The translations under genes were made by a program, and so were the position numbers. From Amoebophrya sp. A120 (lineage: Eukaryota; Protista; Dinoflagellata), in assembly GCA_905178155.1 (NCBI GenBank), contig CAJINV010000003.1, forward strand, positions 8,164,040-8,187,714: a stretch of 23,675 bases of DNA, written 5' to 3'. Below, in pieces: positions 1-9,933 of the stretch; within the stretch, counting starts at the first letter, position 1; every line of letters starts with the position of its first letter. The notes beneath the pieces were generated by a model. That model searched no databases and had not been told where the DNA came from. It worked only from the letters and a program-made list of their open reading frames with translations.

Positions 1-381
1 CCGCTGGACGCGAATCACGACGGCACGGCGCCGCATCAGAAAACTGCTCTTTTTTGTCATAAAACCGAATCCGCCTGCTACGGCGGTCCTCGCGGGCCAC
101 GCCCGTGAGCCGTTCCGCATGCTATGGCGCATCCCATAAAAACGCAGCTTTTTGCTTTTTTCGAGGTCCCCGGTCTGTATCTGCCACCCGGGCAGAACCA
201 CTGGACGCGAATCACGACGGCACGGCGCCGCATCAGGAAGCTGCTCTTTTTTGTCACAAAACTGAATCCGTCTGCTACGGCGGTCCTCGCGGGCCACGCC
301 CGTGAGCCATTCCGCATGCTATGGCGCATCCCATAAAAATACAACTTTTCGCCTTCCCACTCTGTATCTGCCGCCCGGGCA
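1..381. repeat. 197-bp tandem repeat, about 2 copies visible, cut by the window edge
   Basis: ctggacgcgaatcacgacggcacggcgccgcatcag occurs at 4 and 201. Similarity continues to ctgtatctgcc(a/g)cccgggca at about 184 and 381. Confidence 0.9.
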
Positions 382-689
382 AATGCAATTTACGCAAAAC
401 ACACTTGCGCGGCACGCATTTTTTTTGTTTTGTCTTTTTCAAATGTTTCCAAAAGAAACATTTGATGTTTTTTGCTTTGCATTTGCTTTGCATTTACTTT
501 GGTTGTCATTTGTTTGAGGGGGGGGGGTACTTTTCATTCTGATAGTTCTTTTTCGACGCCCTTTATCCTCAGGATCAATAAACTGGACCTTCTTTGCAAC
601 AACATCATTACAGCATGTAGCACATTTGCATTGATATACTTACCTACGATCATGACTTCGAAGCGACGCCTTGGAGTTTTTCTTTTTAC

Positions 690-3600
690 ATGATTATGTT
701 CTTTCCATCTGGTGGTCATGGTCTTCGCGCTTTGTTCTTGTCGTTGCCTCTCTTTTTACTCCATTTGCGCGTCGAGTTTTTCCCACTAACTCAGGCTGAG
801 GTCGTTCTCGGGCCCCGGCTGCCGCGCCGGTGGCCGGCACAACTACAAACCACGAGTTTGATTGGGCATGATCTTCCACACGATGACACGGTCGTTTCAT
901 CCTCCGTGGCGGCCGCGGCGGGTGCCGGGGCAGGCGACTCGGGTCGTTACGTGAACCTGACTCAGTTTTCCGATCCCCAGGGGCGAGATCTGCCGAATGT
1001 CCTGCCGGACTACGACTGTGAGCGTGTCTATGGAAGTGTCAGAATCGAAATCGACAAAATCGAAAAACTTGTAATGCATAAGATGTAGGGCACGCGTGGC
1101 CTGTGTTGGGGAGCAAGCAAATGAGACCGATTGCAAGCCTGTTTAGAGGAAGACGATGCGCTCCCAGAGTAGCATGACAGGAGCAGTCTTCTTTGCCCAA
1201 ACAGCATGACAAACTGGATCTTGGCGCTCCCGAAATTTGTCATGCGCCACCTGACCAGGGTGTAAAGAAAAGAAAGTGACAACGCCCTTTTTTTCCAGGG
1301 TGTAAAGAAAAGAAAGTGACCATTGTTTTTTCCAGGGTGTAAAGAAAAGAAAGTGATCATTGTTTTTTCCAGGGTGTAATTGTTTTTTCCAGTGATCATT
1401 GTTTTTTCCAGGGTGTAAAGAAAAGAAAGTGACAACGCCCTTCGATTTGTCGGTCTGCTCTTCGTGTGAATCGTAGAACTACGTCGCACTACGTTGCACT
1501 TCGTAAAGTGGTGGCGATAGGTTGCGAGCGTCTGGGTTTTGATTTTTTCAGGATCTTGCTTAGGACCTGTCATTTCTGTAGCACCTGTTCTGACGCAGGG
1601 AAGGGCAAGCAGAGGCGGCTTGCTTTGGACCCTGTGGCTATGCGGAGGTTGAGTGAGGCACTACGGAGGCGGTAGTAGTGCATTGCTCTGAAGCCAGAGG
1701 TGATTGAGGGTCTCGGCTCGCTTTCCCTCAGGCAACTCCCCAGATCGGTTGGTTCACCACTAAAACGGGCGGTGTTTCTCCAGATCTTGGTGGTGACCGG
1801 TTGAGACACCGATCGCCAGCTACTTACAAGCAGGAATATAGATAGTACGTTAGACAGTCACTCGCTCGCCTAAAGAAGCGAGCACACGATTGATTTTTTC
1901 AGGATCCGCCTTGTTTGTTTGGGCTTGCTCGTGATGCTTGCATGAGAGAGCTCCCATTTCTGGTGGAGGCGCCGCCCTGGTTGCGGATTTGGGTGGACAC
2001 AGCTCTCTCATGTCGGAGCACCGGTATGCCGCTGGGGAGTGCAGCTTGCTCTTTGCAGCTTGCTGGATCTGTCCGGATTAGCGCAGCAGAGGCTTTGCGG
2101 CCTCTTACCTGCGTTTCACTGCCACACGCATAAGGACCTCCAGGGCCGTGCATCACGTTCGGCCTCTTGACTTTAGACGCATGCCGTACGTCTGTCCCTC
2201 ATGCAGCATGGGCCCCGACTCATGTTGCATGTTGTAGCTGCCCCGCGCCGCGGCCCTTTCGTTGCGCCTTCTATCACCACTCCATTGTCGAAAGGCCTAC
2301 TTCTGTATGACAAGCGCTTTAGCAGTACTAGTGGCTATCCTTAACCTTATGCCATCTTAGCTTACGACTTTAGTCTGTTTTGTTTCCTTAATTACTTAAT
2401 GACGATGATGATGCTTAAGTTATGGTTGATTGTTTTATTTTTCATTAAGAGGCCTTCGCGCCACCCGGACGTCCTGCCGGTAGACCACCAATGTCATGCG
2501 CCACCTGAAAACTGAGGCTTCAACTGGTATCGATTTTGCGTATCACAAGTTTTTCGATTTTGTCGATTTCGATCCTGACACATTCATAGTGTCCCGGAAA
2601 TCCAGTTCCGCTATGTCGTCGGCGCCCCGGGACAGGAGGATGAGGACGTGCGGAACTTCGATCCGGACGAAGCGCTTGCAGGTGACGTCCCCGCTTCCAG
2701 TGTCTACACGGAACAGATCGATTTCGACCGCTGGTTCCGCGAGCACCAGGAACGCAGTGCGGCGGTGCGGAAGTTGTTTGAGCAGAAGGAGCACTTCGTC
2801 CATCGGGAGGGCGAGTACTCCGAGGCGCTGCGGCTGCTGCTCAACACTGACGAGGCGATGGCGCTGCGGCGGGCCCAGATGATGGCGCACCCCAACTTCA
2901 CGGAGGCGGCTGTCTCGCACTGCCCCCTCGGGGTGCTCTTCTGGGGTGCCATGGAATACGTAGCCTGCCACATGCTGCACTACCGAACCATCCACGATGC
3001 CTGCACCAAGCAGCGGGAGCTGCTGGAGGAGGTGCTGCTCCCGGCGACGCAGGACTACGACGTGCGGCTCGACTTCGGTTATGCTGGGATTTCGCAAGCG
3101 GCACGCATTGGCGCCGTCGAGCGCGAGACCCAGTTCCAGGAGCATCGCATGTCGGAGGACGCAGGGGCCAGCGCCAGCAGTGGACCCCAGGATGACGGAC
3201 AAGAAATCATTGCAAACCACGCTGCTGCAGAACGTAGTACCCTTGGTGACGACGCGAGTCATTCCGGAACAACGACTACATCACAGCTGCACTACCATGA
3301 CACGACACAGTACAGTGACCAGGTTTCTCGTCGACGAAAGATGATCCCGCAGTCAGAAACTCTCACGCTCGCGCCTCTAATGTACACACGCTGGCCAGTC
3401 TTTCACGTTCTGCTTCAGTCGCAGGTATGGCGGCAGCCCTACTTCGCCGACATCTACTACGACCGTGACATCAATTGTTTGCGCGACAGACCGCAGGAGG
3501 AGCTCCTGGAGGAACAGCGACACGAAGTAGACATCACGAGCGAAAGCTCGAGCGAACGAACGGATAATCATAATGTATTTTCATCTGCCGAATACACGCA

Positions 3601-6012
3601 GCGCGCCGATCCGCGGACGGCGTTGCGGCGCATCGATGCGGTCCGACAGGCCGTGGCCGAAGTTCAACGGCACACTACCTCAGCGGAAGTGATCGACAAG
3701 GTGCTGCCCGATGTCTTCATTGGTATTTTCCGCAATTTGATCGACGAGTCGGCCATCGAGCAAGCAGGTGCAGTCCACGACCTTTCGCAAGGCGAACATC
3801 AAGAGTTGGTGGAGAACAATGGAAAAGATCTTCTTGTTCCTAACAACGAGCAGGCACGAGTGAGGACTGACAAAATGAGGAAGATGTTGAACATGACGCG
3901 ATACGACAGCTTTCGGCGGGCGTTCAACAACTACGACTTGCAGTCGAGTTTGCACTTTTTTTGGCAGGACGATTGGACGCACAGCAGTATGGAGTTTGCG
4001 TTCACAGAGTGGATCAGTCAGCGGGCAAATTTCGAGCAGGTAGGTCGCGAGTGCTTGTGGAGCTACGTGGTCGCAAATCTGTTCAAGAATTACGTGTGTT
4101 TACAAACCGAAACGAAATGCAGCGAAATGTTTTTGCCCCTGATTGAGCTCAGCCTGACGGGAGCGCTGAAAGACGCGCCGAAGCTTCGCCGTGCGCTCAA
4201 CAGCGACGATGAGGGGTTCGCGCGTGACGACATGCTCCAAATGGTGGACCGCCAGTATCTCTGCAACTTCGAGTGTCTGTTCGCCTCGATGTGGCCTGTT
4301 TCGAGCTTTTTGTGGCTGACCGCCAGCATGACCCTGAAACACTCTTTTTCGCTCGACTTCTCCGAAGATTGGCTCTTTGGGCGCAGCGCAAAGTTGGCGC
4401 TGCTCACCGGCGACGGAGCTGAGCACTTCGAACAAAAGAGCGACGGCAAGGAGAGCACCGACGGCGACATCCACCAGAAAGATCGAGACAAGAAGCAGCG
4501 ACTACTGGGTCTACGCCGAGAATTCTTTTCTTCGCAAGATAATGGATTCTTGCAAGAACAATTTGACGAGGCAGTTCAAACGGTGTACGTGACGATGGTG
4601 TGGGGGAGCCTGTACGGCAAGTACGTGCCTCACTTCTGCGAGCACTTGCGGACAATCCTCGCAGAGGACGCTTCTTCTGATTTTGCCGTCTTTGCGCACG
4701 ACGACGTCAGCTACCGCTCCTGTGTGCAAGCATCGGCGGCGGCATCTGGTATAGTACCTGGTTCCGAGCACGCGGCAGCAGGGGCGGCTCGTCCTTCACG
4801 TCAACATGGCAGCGCTACTTCCGCAACGTTGAAGGGACGATGTTTTCGGGGGTACTCCAAAGCGCTGGGCAAGTTTTCGCTGTCTCTGGTCCTGCTCCAG
4901 CTGGGCTACTATCTTGTGCAAAAGTTTCTCATTCCAGAAAATTTTTGTATCCTATCACCAGGAGCAGATAGATTGCTTATACTGATAGATACTCTCGTTT
5001 TAATGTCGCAATGAGCGTACGGATGCGTTCTTTGAAAATTCTTGAATACCATAAATACGTGTGGTGCGGTGCTTTTGCAATGCATAGGCGCGATGTGTTA
5101 TACCTGGATTTTGACACCTATCTTCTACGGAACCCAACGCCGTTTCTGCGGCATCTTACCGAGGGAAACAATAATGACGTCGAGATGCTTGTGGGGGGGA
5201 GTATCTTCGACGACTGCATCAATAACGGGGTGTACTACCTTCGCAGCACACTGAGGACACAGGAGTGGCTGGGACGCATGTTTAAGTACCTGTATGACCG
5301 ACCTTATCTGGTGGACCAAAAGTGTTTCTCGGCCTTTCTGGGTTCGAACGCCGCTTACGAGCGCGTGCCTGAGGAGGTAGGTATCGCTTTCGCGGCCAAC
5401 CCGGCCGTCTACGTCGGCACGAGCGTGCCCTCGTGGCAACCGATTGACCCATACCGCTACTGGGCCCATTCGCATTGGTTTGTTGAACAAGACAAGGAAG
5501 CTACTCCGCCCGATGCACAAGTGGATGACGTAGGAACAAGATTGGCCCTCTTCGCATTTCACTTCGAGAAAGCCGCGTGGCTGGATCAAGTTGCGAAGGA
5601 CACTTTTGGGCTAGACGACGACAGCAAGCGCGAACGTATGCAGTCAGAGGGTTTCTTTGCAGTAGGAGCGGAGCAAGCTGCACCCGTAGACGTCAGATCG
5701 GAGCAGAAATTTGACGGTGCTGCTGCAGAGCATGGTGAAGTCGTGGCTTCTAGCACCTCGGAATCAATATCGCCAGATCATAGTATCCCGGAATTCGAGA
5801 TGTTTTACGTGAGGAAAGATGCCACCGAAATTCGTCGCTTTTTGGAGAGCAAAAAACTGACGCGGCTCCCAGAGACGCAAAAGACGTGCGTCACGCTGCC
5901 ACAGCAGGAAGACGACATCCCCCTCATGGTCCGCAAAAATCGGCACGGGGGACGGATTCCAGAGTACTTTCCAATTTACGGTCCGGAGCCCGACATCGCC
6001 CTCGCACTCTGA
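690..6012 (+). CDS. Glycosyltransferase with a C-terminal nucleotide-diphospho-sugar transferase (GT77-like, GT-A fold) domain and N-terminal signal peptide/anchor. Exons 690-1028, 2594-4909, 5092-6012; about 1191 aa
   Basis: Hydrophobic N-terminus LRALFLSLPLFLLHL...TQA. After splicing: K-x-LLQLGYDVLYLDFDTYLLRNP (DxD), INNGVYYLRST and DQKCF, typical of this family. All three exon lengths are multiples of 3. Start could be 690 or 696. Confidence 0.8.
1029..2593 (+). mobile_element. TIR element acting as a non-canonical intron (introner-like), 1565 nt
   Basis: TIR 1029-1084 vs 2533-2588, with 41 of the first 44 nt complementary and ends TAT...ATA. Perfect 5-bp direct repeat GTGTC at 1024-1028 and 2589-2593. 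Removal joins DYDCERV to PEIQFRYVVG in frame. Confidence 0.9.
1255..1440. repeat. Irregular ~33-bp minisatellite inside the introner
   Basis: ccagggtgta occurs five times, four of them followed by aagaaaagaaagtga, separated by c(a)ttgttttttt-type linkers. Confidence 0.85.
4910..5091 (+). mobile_element. Non-canonical introner-like intron, 182 nt
   Basis: tatcttgtgcaaaag (4910-4924) pairs with cttttgcaatgcata (5072-5086). Flanking pentamers are GCTAC/GGCGC. Removal gives LQLGY|DVLYLDFD and fixes the frame change between ORFs 2648-5014 and 5011-6012. Confidence 0.8.
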
Positions 6013-6659
6013 GCAGCAGAGACCAGGATCCGTTCGTGTCAGAGGTATTCCTTGTTTAGCTCGTCTACCTATGGGCCTGGTTTCTTTCATCATATGTTTT
6101 TGTGTCAAATTCCGCCGACGCCGACTTATCGAAAAACTCACTTGAAGATCTGAGTTCGTTCGTCGTAATTGCGTCTATTTTCGAATTGCCATAAGCAAGT
6201 TGAATTTGAAATGCAAATACTTGGTATAATTGGCATTGGGGGTCGTGGTCTAGCTATTTCCCAATTAGCGTTGTAGTTCGTAGGGTATGCTTGTGGTTAC
6301 GTGATGCGCCTGCGTCCAATCGCATTTGCATCCATGACTTTGCAGAACATCGTCAAGGGTCGTAGCGTAGCTTCACTTGTCGAGATACATAACTGCTTCC
6401 GGAAGGGTTTTAAACCAACATTTCATTGTCCATACGCATAGAAGATAAGTGCCGGCGTCGTTTTTTTTTTTGCACAGTTTTTTTACTGTAGTTGCCATTG
6501 TGACAGTGACAGCCCAAAGTCGCAACACTGGCGTCTGTACCTGTATTCAGAGGAAATCAAGAATAATCCTACCACCTACTCGCTTCACGAACCAGGCGAC
6601 TTCCCTTTCCAGCGCGTTGCCAAAGGCTCACCCCCCGAGCAGGTGCAGTAATCAGCGAC

Positions 6660-8771
6660 ATGCTGGGGTTTGCTTTGGGCCCACGGAAGGTGGCCGCTAG
6701 CGATGAGGGACTCCAGTCGGAGCAGGCAAAGAGCCTTCGAGAGAGGAATGAAAACGCGCTCGAGCTTTCCCCGAGCGAAAGACTGCGCGAAGACGTTTCG
6801 TTGCTGATGGCGCACGGACCTTCGACGGCGACGAAAAGCTCTTTCAGGCGTGGGAGCGGCGGTCCCCGGGAGCTTCGCGAGTGGCATCGCTTCAAGAAAA
6901 CGCAACTGGGTCCCGACCGGGAAGCCTTTGATCCTCGCTACAATCCCGTCAGTAATCCACCCAGGGACGATCAGGGGCCTCGAGCTGCGCGCGATGGCGA
7001 GCGTAAAGTAGATGCAGCAAAAAATCATGCTCTGGGTGCCCGGAGTGCAACTAGTTTTCGGTATCAGTGCCGAGATCCCACGGCACGTCCGGACACGTCT
7101 CCGAATCTTTTCGCGCTTTACGGAGAGCAGGAAGGCCGGGCGGCAGGAATGAAGGCGACTGATCTTCGGAGCGAATCCGCCATGGATCTGCTTGGTATCG
7201 TCGATGTGCGAGGAAGGGACAAAAACCAGGGAGAAGATGCATTCTTGCGCGACGAGGCAGATGCGATCAATGCAGCGTCGGCGCTGGACCCGCGAGGGAA
7301 AAAAAACTTCTTTCGGATTATCCAAACAAAATGATGCGACCGAGGTCACGCACACAACGTTGCCAATTTGAAATTCCGAACAGGCACGAAGCGAAGTGCA
7401 TTTTTGATGTATAGTCTGGTACGTGAGTAACATGAATACATTAGATATAGAATGAAATGATCTTTCTCTAATATGCTCCAAGCACATCATAGCGCTGCTG
7501 TGGTCTCAGCTTCACATTTTGTTTCGATACCACTTTTGTTCGAGCAACGCCACCAAAAGTACTTTCTGCCCCAAGCGAAGCATGCGGAATCAAGCACGCA
7601 AGAAAGATACAGCCAGCTCCCACCGCAACTGTTGGAGCGCCAACTGCGCACGGCCCACGCCGACGACCTCTCGGAGCTAGAGTTCAGTCATGCGCACGAA
7701 TCCGAGTTGATGCGGAACGAACGGCATCAATGGGCCCCTTCCGGAACGGAAGACGAGAACATGTACCAACAAGGCGGGAATGGATTGTATCCCGTAGGAA
7801 ATCTTCTTGAGGAATAGATAGTGGCTGCATGTGCACCATGTCATAGCAGATATTGATATTAACATATCAGCAGCTCCCGAAGAAGGAAGTGAGAAATTAT
7901 TTCCCTCGGCCTGGAGGTGTCAGTGATGTTTCGGTATTCATAGTTGGTACTTGTAGAATTATGTTTGCAGCAGCAACAAATTTATTGAGCTCAAGTAGAT
8001 TTTGTAGTGGATGATAAACGCGCTTTTCTGTTTCGGGATTTGGTGCAGAACTCCGCTACGGATCCCCGCGCGGGCAGTCGGCGGGACGAGCGCACCACGC
8101 GATCGCAGCATTCGGCTTACCACTTGCGAGGGTTCGACGTCTTCAATCGCACACGCACGTTAGAGGATCGTACCAGCTTCTTGGTGGACAAGGCCCACGA
8201 GTGGCTGTCGGGGGAGAAGCGGACCCCAGTGTCGCACGAACAGATCTCCCCACACACCTGCGACGCGGCACGCTCGGCCGCCCCCGCGTTTGGGAGCGCT
8301 GCGGATAACAATGTTTACAGCCAGCACCTGGCACGGTTTCGCTTCGACGAGCGTTATCACGCGGGCGACGCTCGGCACCAGCATTTTTTTAGTATGGAAC
8401 AGGAACCACCAGCACGACCGGCACGAGGCGGAGCAAGAAAATCCGCCTCATCTCACGCGGCGAACACGACGACCTTTCTGTACCCCGCGGCTTCGGGCCG
8501 GCGCGGTGATAGGCTTGCGATGACTGGTGTCACCGCAGCAAGGGAGGAACGTGCCGATGAGGAACGGCGGCAACTCGCACTGATAACCTATGAGCTACAG
8601 ACTCGCCGGGACCTACGGACACGCTACAAAATCCTCCCACGCCTGTTTGACCACTGGGCACAGCAGACGTGGGACAACGTCGAGGTCGACCACCGCTTCG
8701 CGGCCGCGCTGCGGCGCAACGTTCTCCGCAGAACGTTTGAGAGCTGGCGAAATGTCGCATCCGATCTCTGA
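6660..8771 (+). CDS. Hypothetical protein of about 554 aa with two C-terminal Sfi1-like (centrin-binding type) repeats. Exons 6660-7318, 7535-7787, about 8019-8771
   Basis: Three GC-rich co-frame ORFs separated by AT-rich segments with inverted-repeat ends. The C-terminus has KILPRLFDHW and NVLRRTFESWR, with the W residues 30 aa apart. The function is an inference. Confidence 0.6.
7319..7534 (+). mobile_element. Non-canonical introner-like intron, 216 nt
   Basis: tatccaaacaaaatg (7319-7333) pairs with cattttgtttcgata (7515-7529), 14/15. Flanking pentamers are CGGAT/CCACT. Removal keeps the frame and removes the stops. Confidence 0.8.
7788..8018 (+). mobile_element. Non-canonical introner-like intron, 231 nt (or 234 nt, ending 8021)
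   Basis: tatcccgtaggaaatcttcttgag pairs imperfectly with ctcaagtagattttgtagtggatg(ata). The 'TIR end plus 5 nt' rule gives a phase-0 in-frame join. No direct repeat remains. Confidence 0.6.
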
Positions 8772-9933
8772 CGGACCGCAGAGCGCACGTCTATTTGGCC
8801 GCTACAACAGGCGAGGGCAATGCCGCTTGCCAAACAAGCAAGCTGCAGCGGTGGCACACGAAAAGGTGAAGCGATTTTGCATGTCTGATTCCATGTATAG
8901 ATGCGTATAGATACTGCTTGTCCCTGCGACAGCAATTCGTTTTGTTTCTTATGACATTGTATGTAGTGCCGCCTGAAGTATCAGATATGTTTGCCTCCGT
9001 ATTGAGTTCACTCTCTTGTTCCTTATTGCTCGTCACCTCAAGCAAACCTGTGTGTCCAAAATAAAATTGAAAACACTGCTACCGCTATTCACCATAGAGG
9101 TGAAAAATACGCATGCGAAGAATAAGTGCGCTTTGCTGTTGCTGGCCCCTGTTGTGGTTGATCCGCGTAAAAAGATAGTGCTCCTCTCGCTATTTGTGCT
9201 GTCCGTCTGTAAGCGCTACCCACAGAGTCATAACTAGCAGTGCGCGACAGAATAAGTACGAATAGAAAAATGAACGTAAACTTAAGGAATCGCATGCCAT
9301 TCGAATACTAAAAAAAGATTGGGAGTTCTGTTCTACCGCAAGCTATGCGAAATGCAAAACATACACGGTAGTGCGTAGAAAAAGTGTCGCTACTACGACC
9401 TGCAGGTGACTAATACAGCTAAATTTCTTGAAAAAATTCCAACATAACTACGATCAGTACCGCCCCCAAGCGAATAAAGGCAAGATCCTATAACAAGCCA
9501 AAAGCGAGAACCCAAAGACACACTATCCGACTATAAGGCCTAATTATTCTGCGTCGATGTAGAGGTAGAAGTAGTGAAAATTGACACACCATACTTACAT
9601 AAACGAACCTCTTCTTAATGATCCATGTCATATGAATTTTGAACTTTCATCATATCACAGAAGGGTGCTGCATTTGCTTTTGCATTTGCAAAATAGTAGT
9701 GATAGCGACGCAGTGGCCGACATTTTCTAGTACGGCGAAAAAATTCAATAGCGGGGTCGTCAGCATAGAGGGAATTCAAAATTTATTCTAACAATCTGTG
9801 TACGACATAGGTGTAAGGAACGTAGCGTATATTTAGTCACTACTTAAGCATCCTAACTCAGTCCGGTTCACCAGCAGGACTACTAGTCGACACCTAACCT
9901 CCTAATAGTTCGCATCTATTGCAAGTTCTCAAA

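Noticed and set aside
1028-1573. 181-aa minus-strand ORF as the introner's transposase
   Set aside because: It is mostly translation of the minisatellite and TIR, with no recognisable catalytic motif.
5011-5014. Bacterial-style ATGA overlap between two separate genes
   Set aside because: The overlap lies inside the 4910-5091 intron, and the glycosyltransferase motif spans both ORFs.
2543-7490. Antisense ORFs 2543-3262, 5125-5589 and 6585-7490
   Set aside because: They are shadows of GC-rich plus-strand coding sequence with no motifs.
6660-8771. Stop-codon reassignment or read-through joining three co-frame ORFs
   Set aside because: The gaps are AT-rich, contain several stops and have inverted-repeat ends. 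Long exons elsewhere have no in-frame stops, so the standard code suffices.
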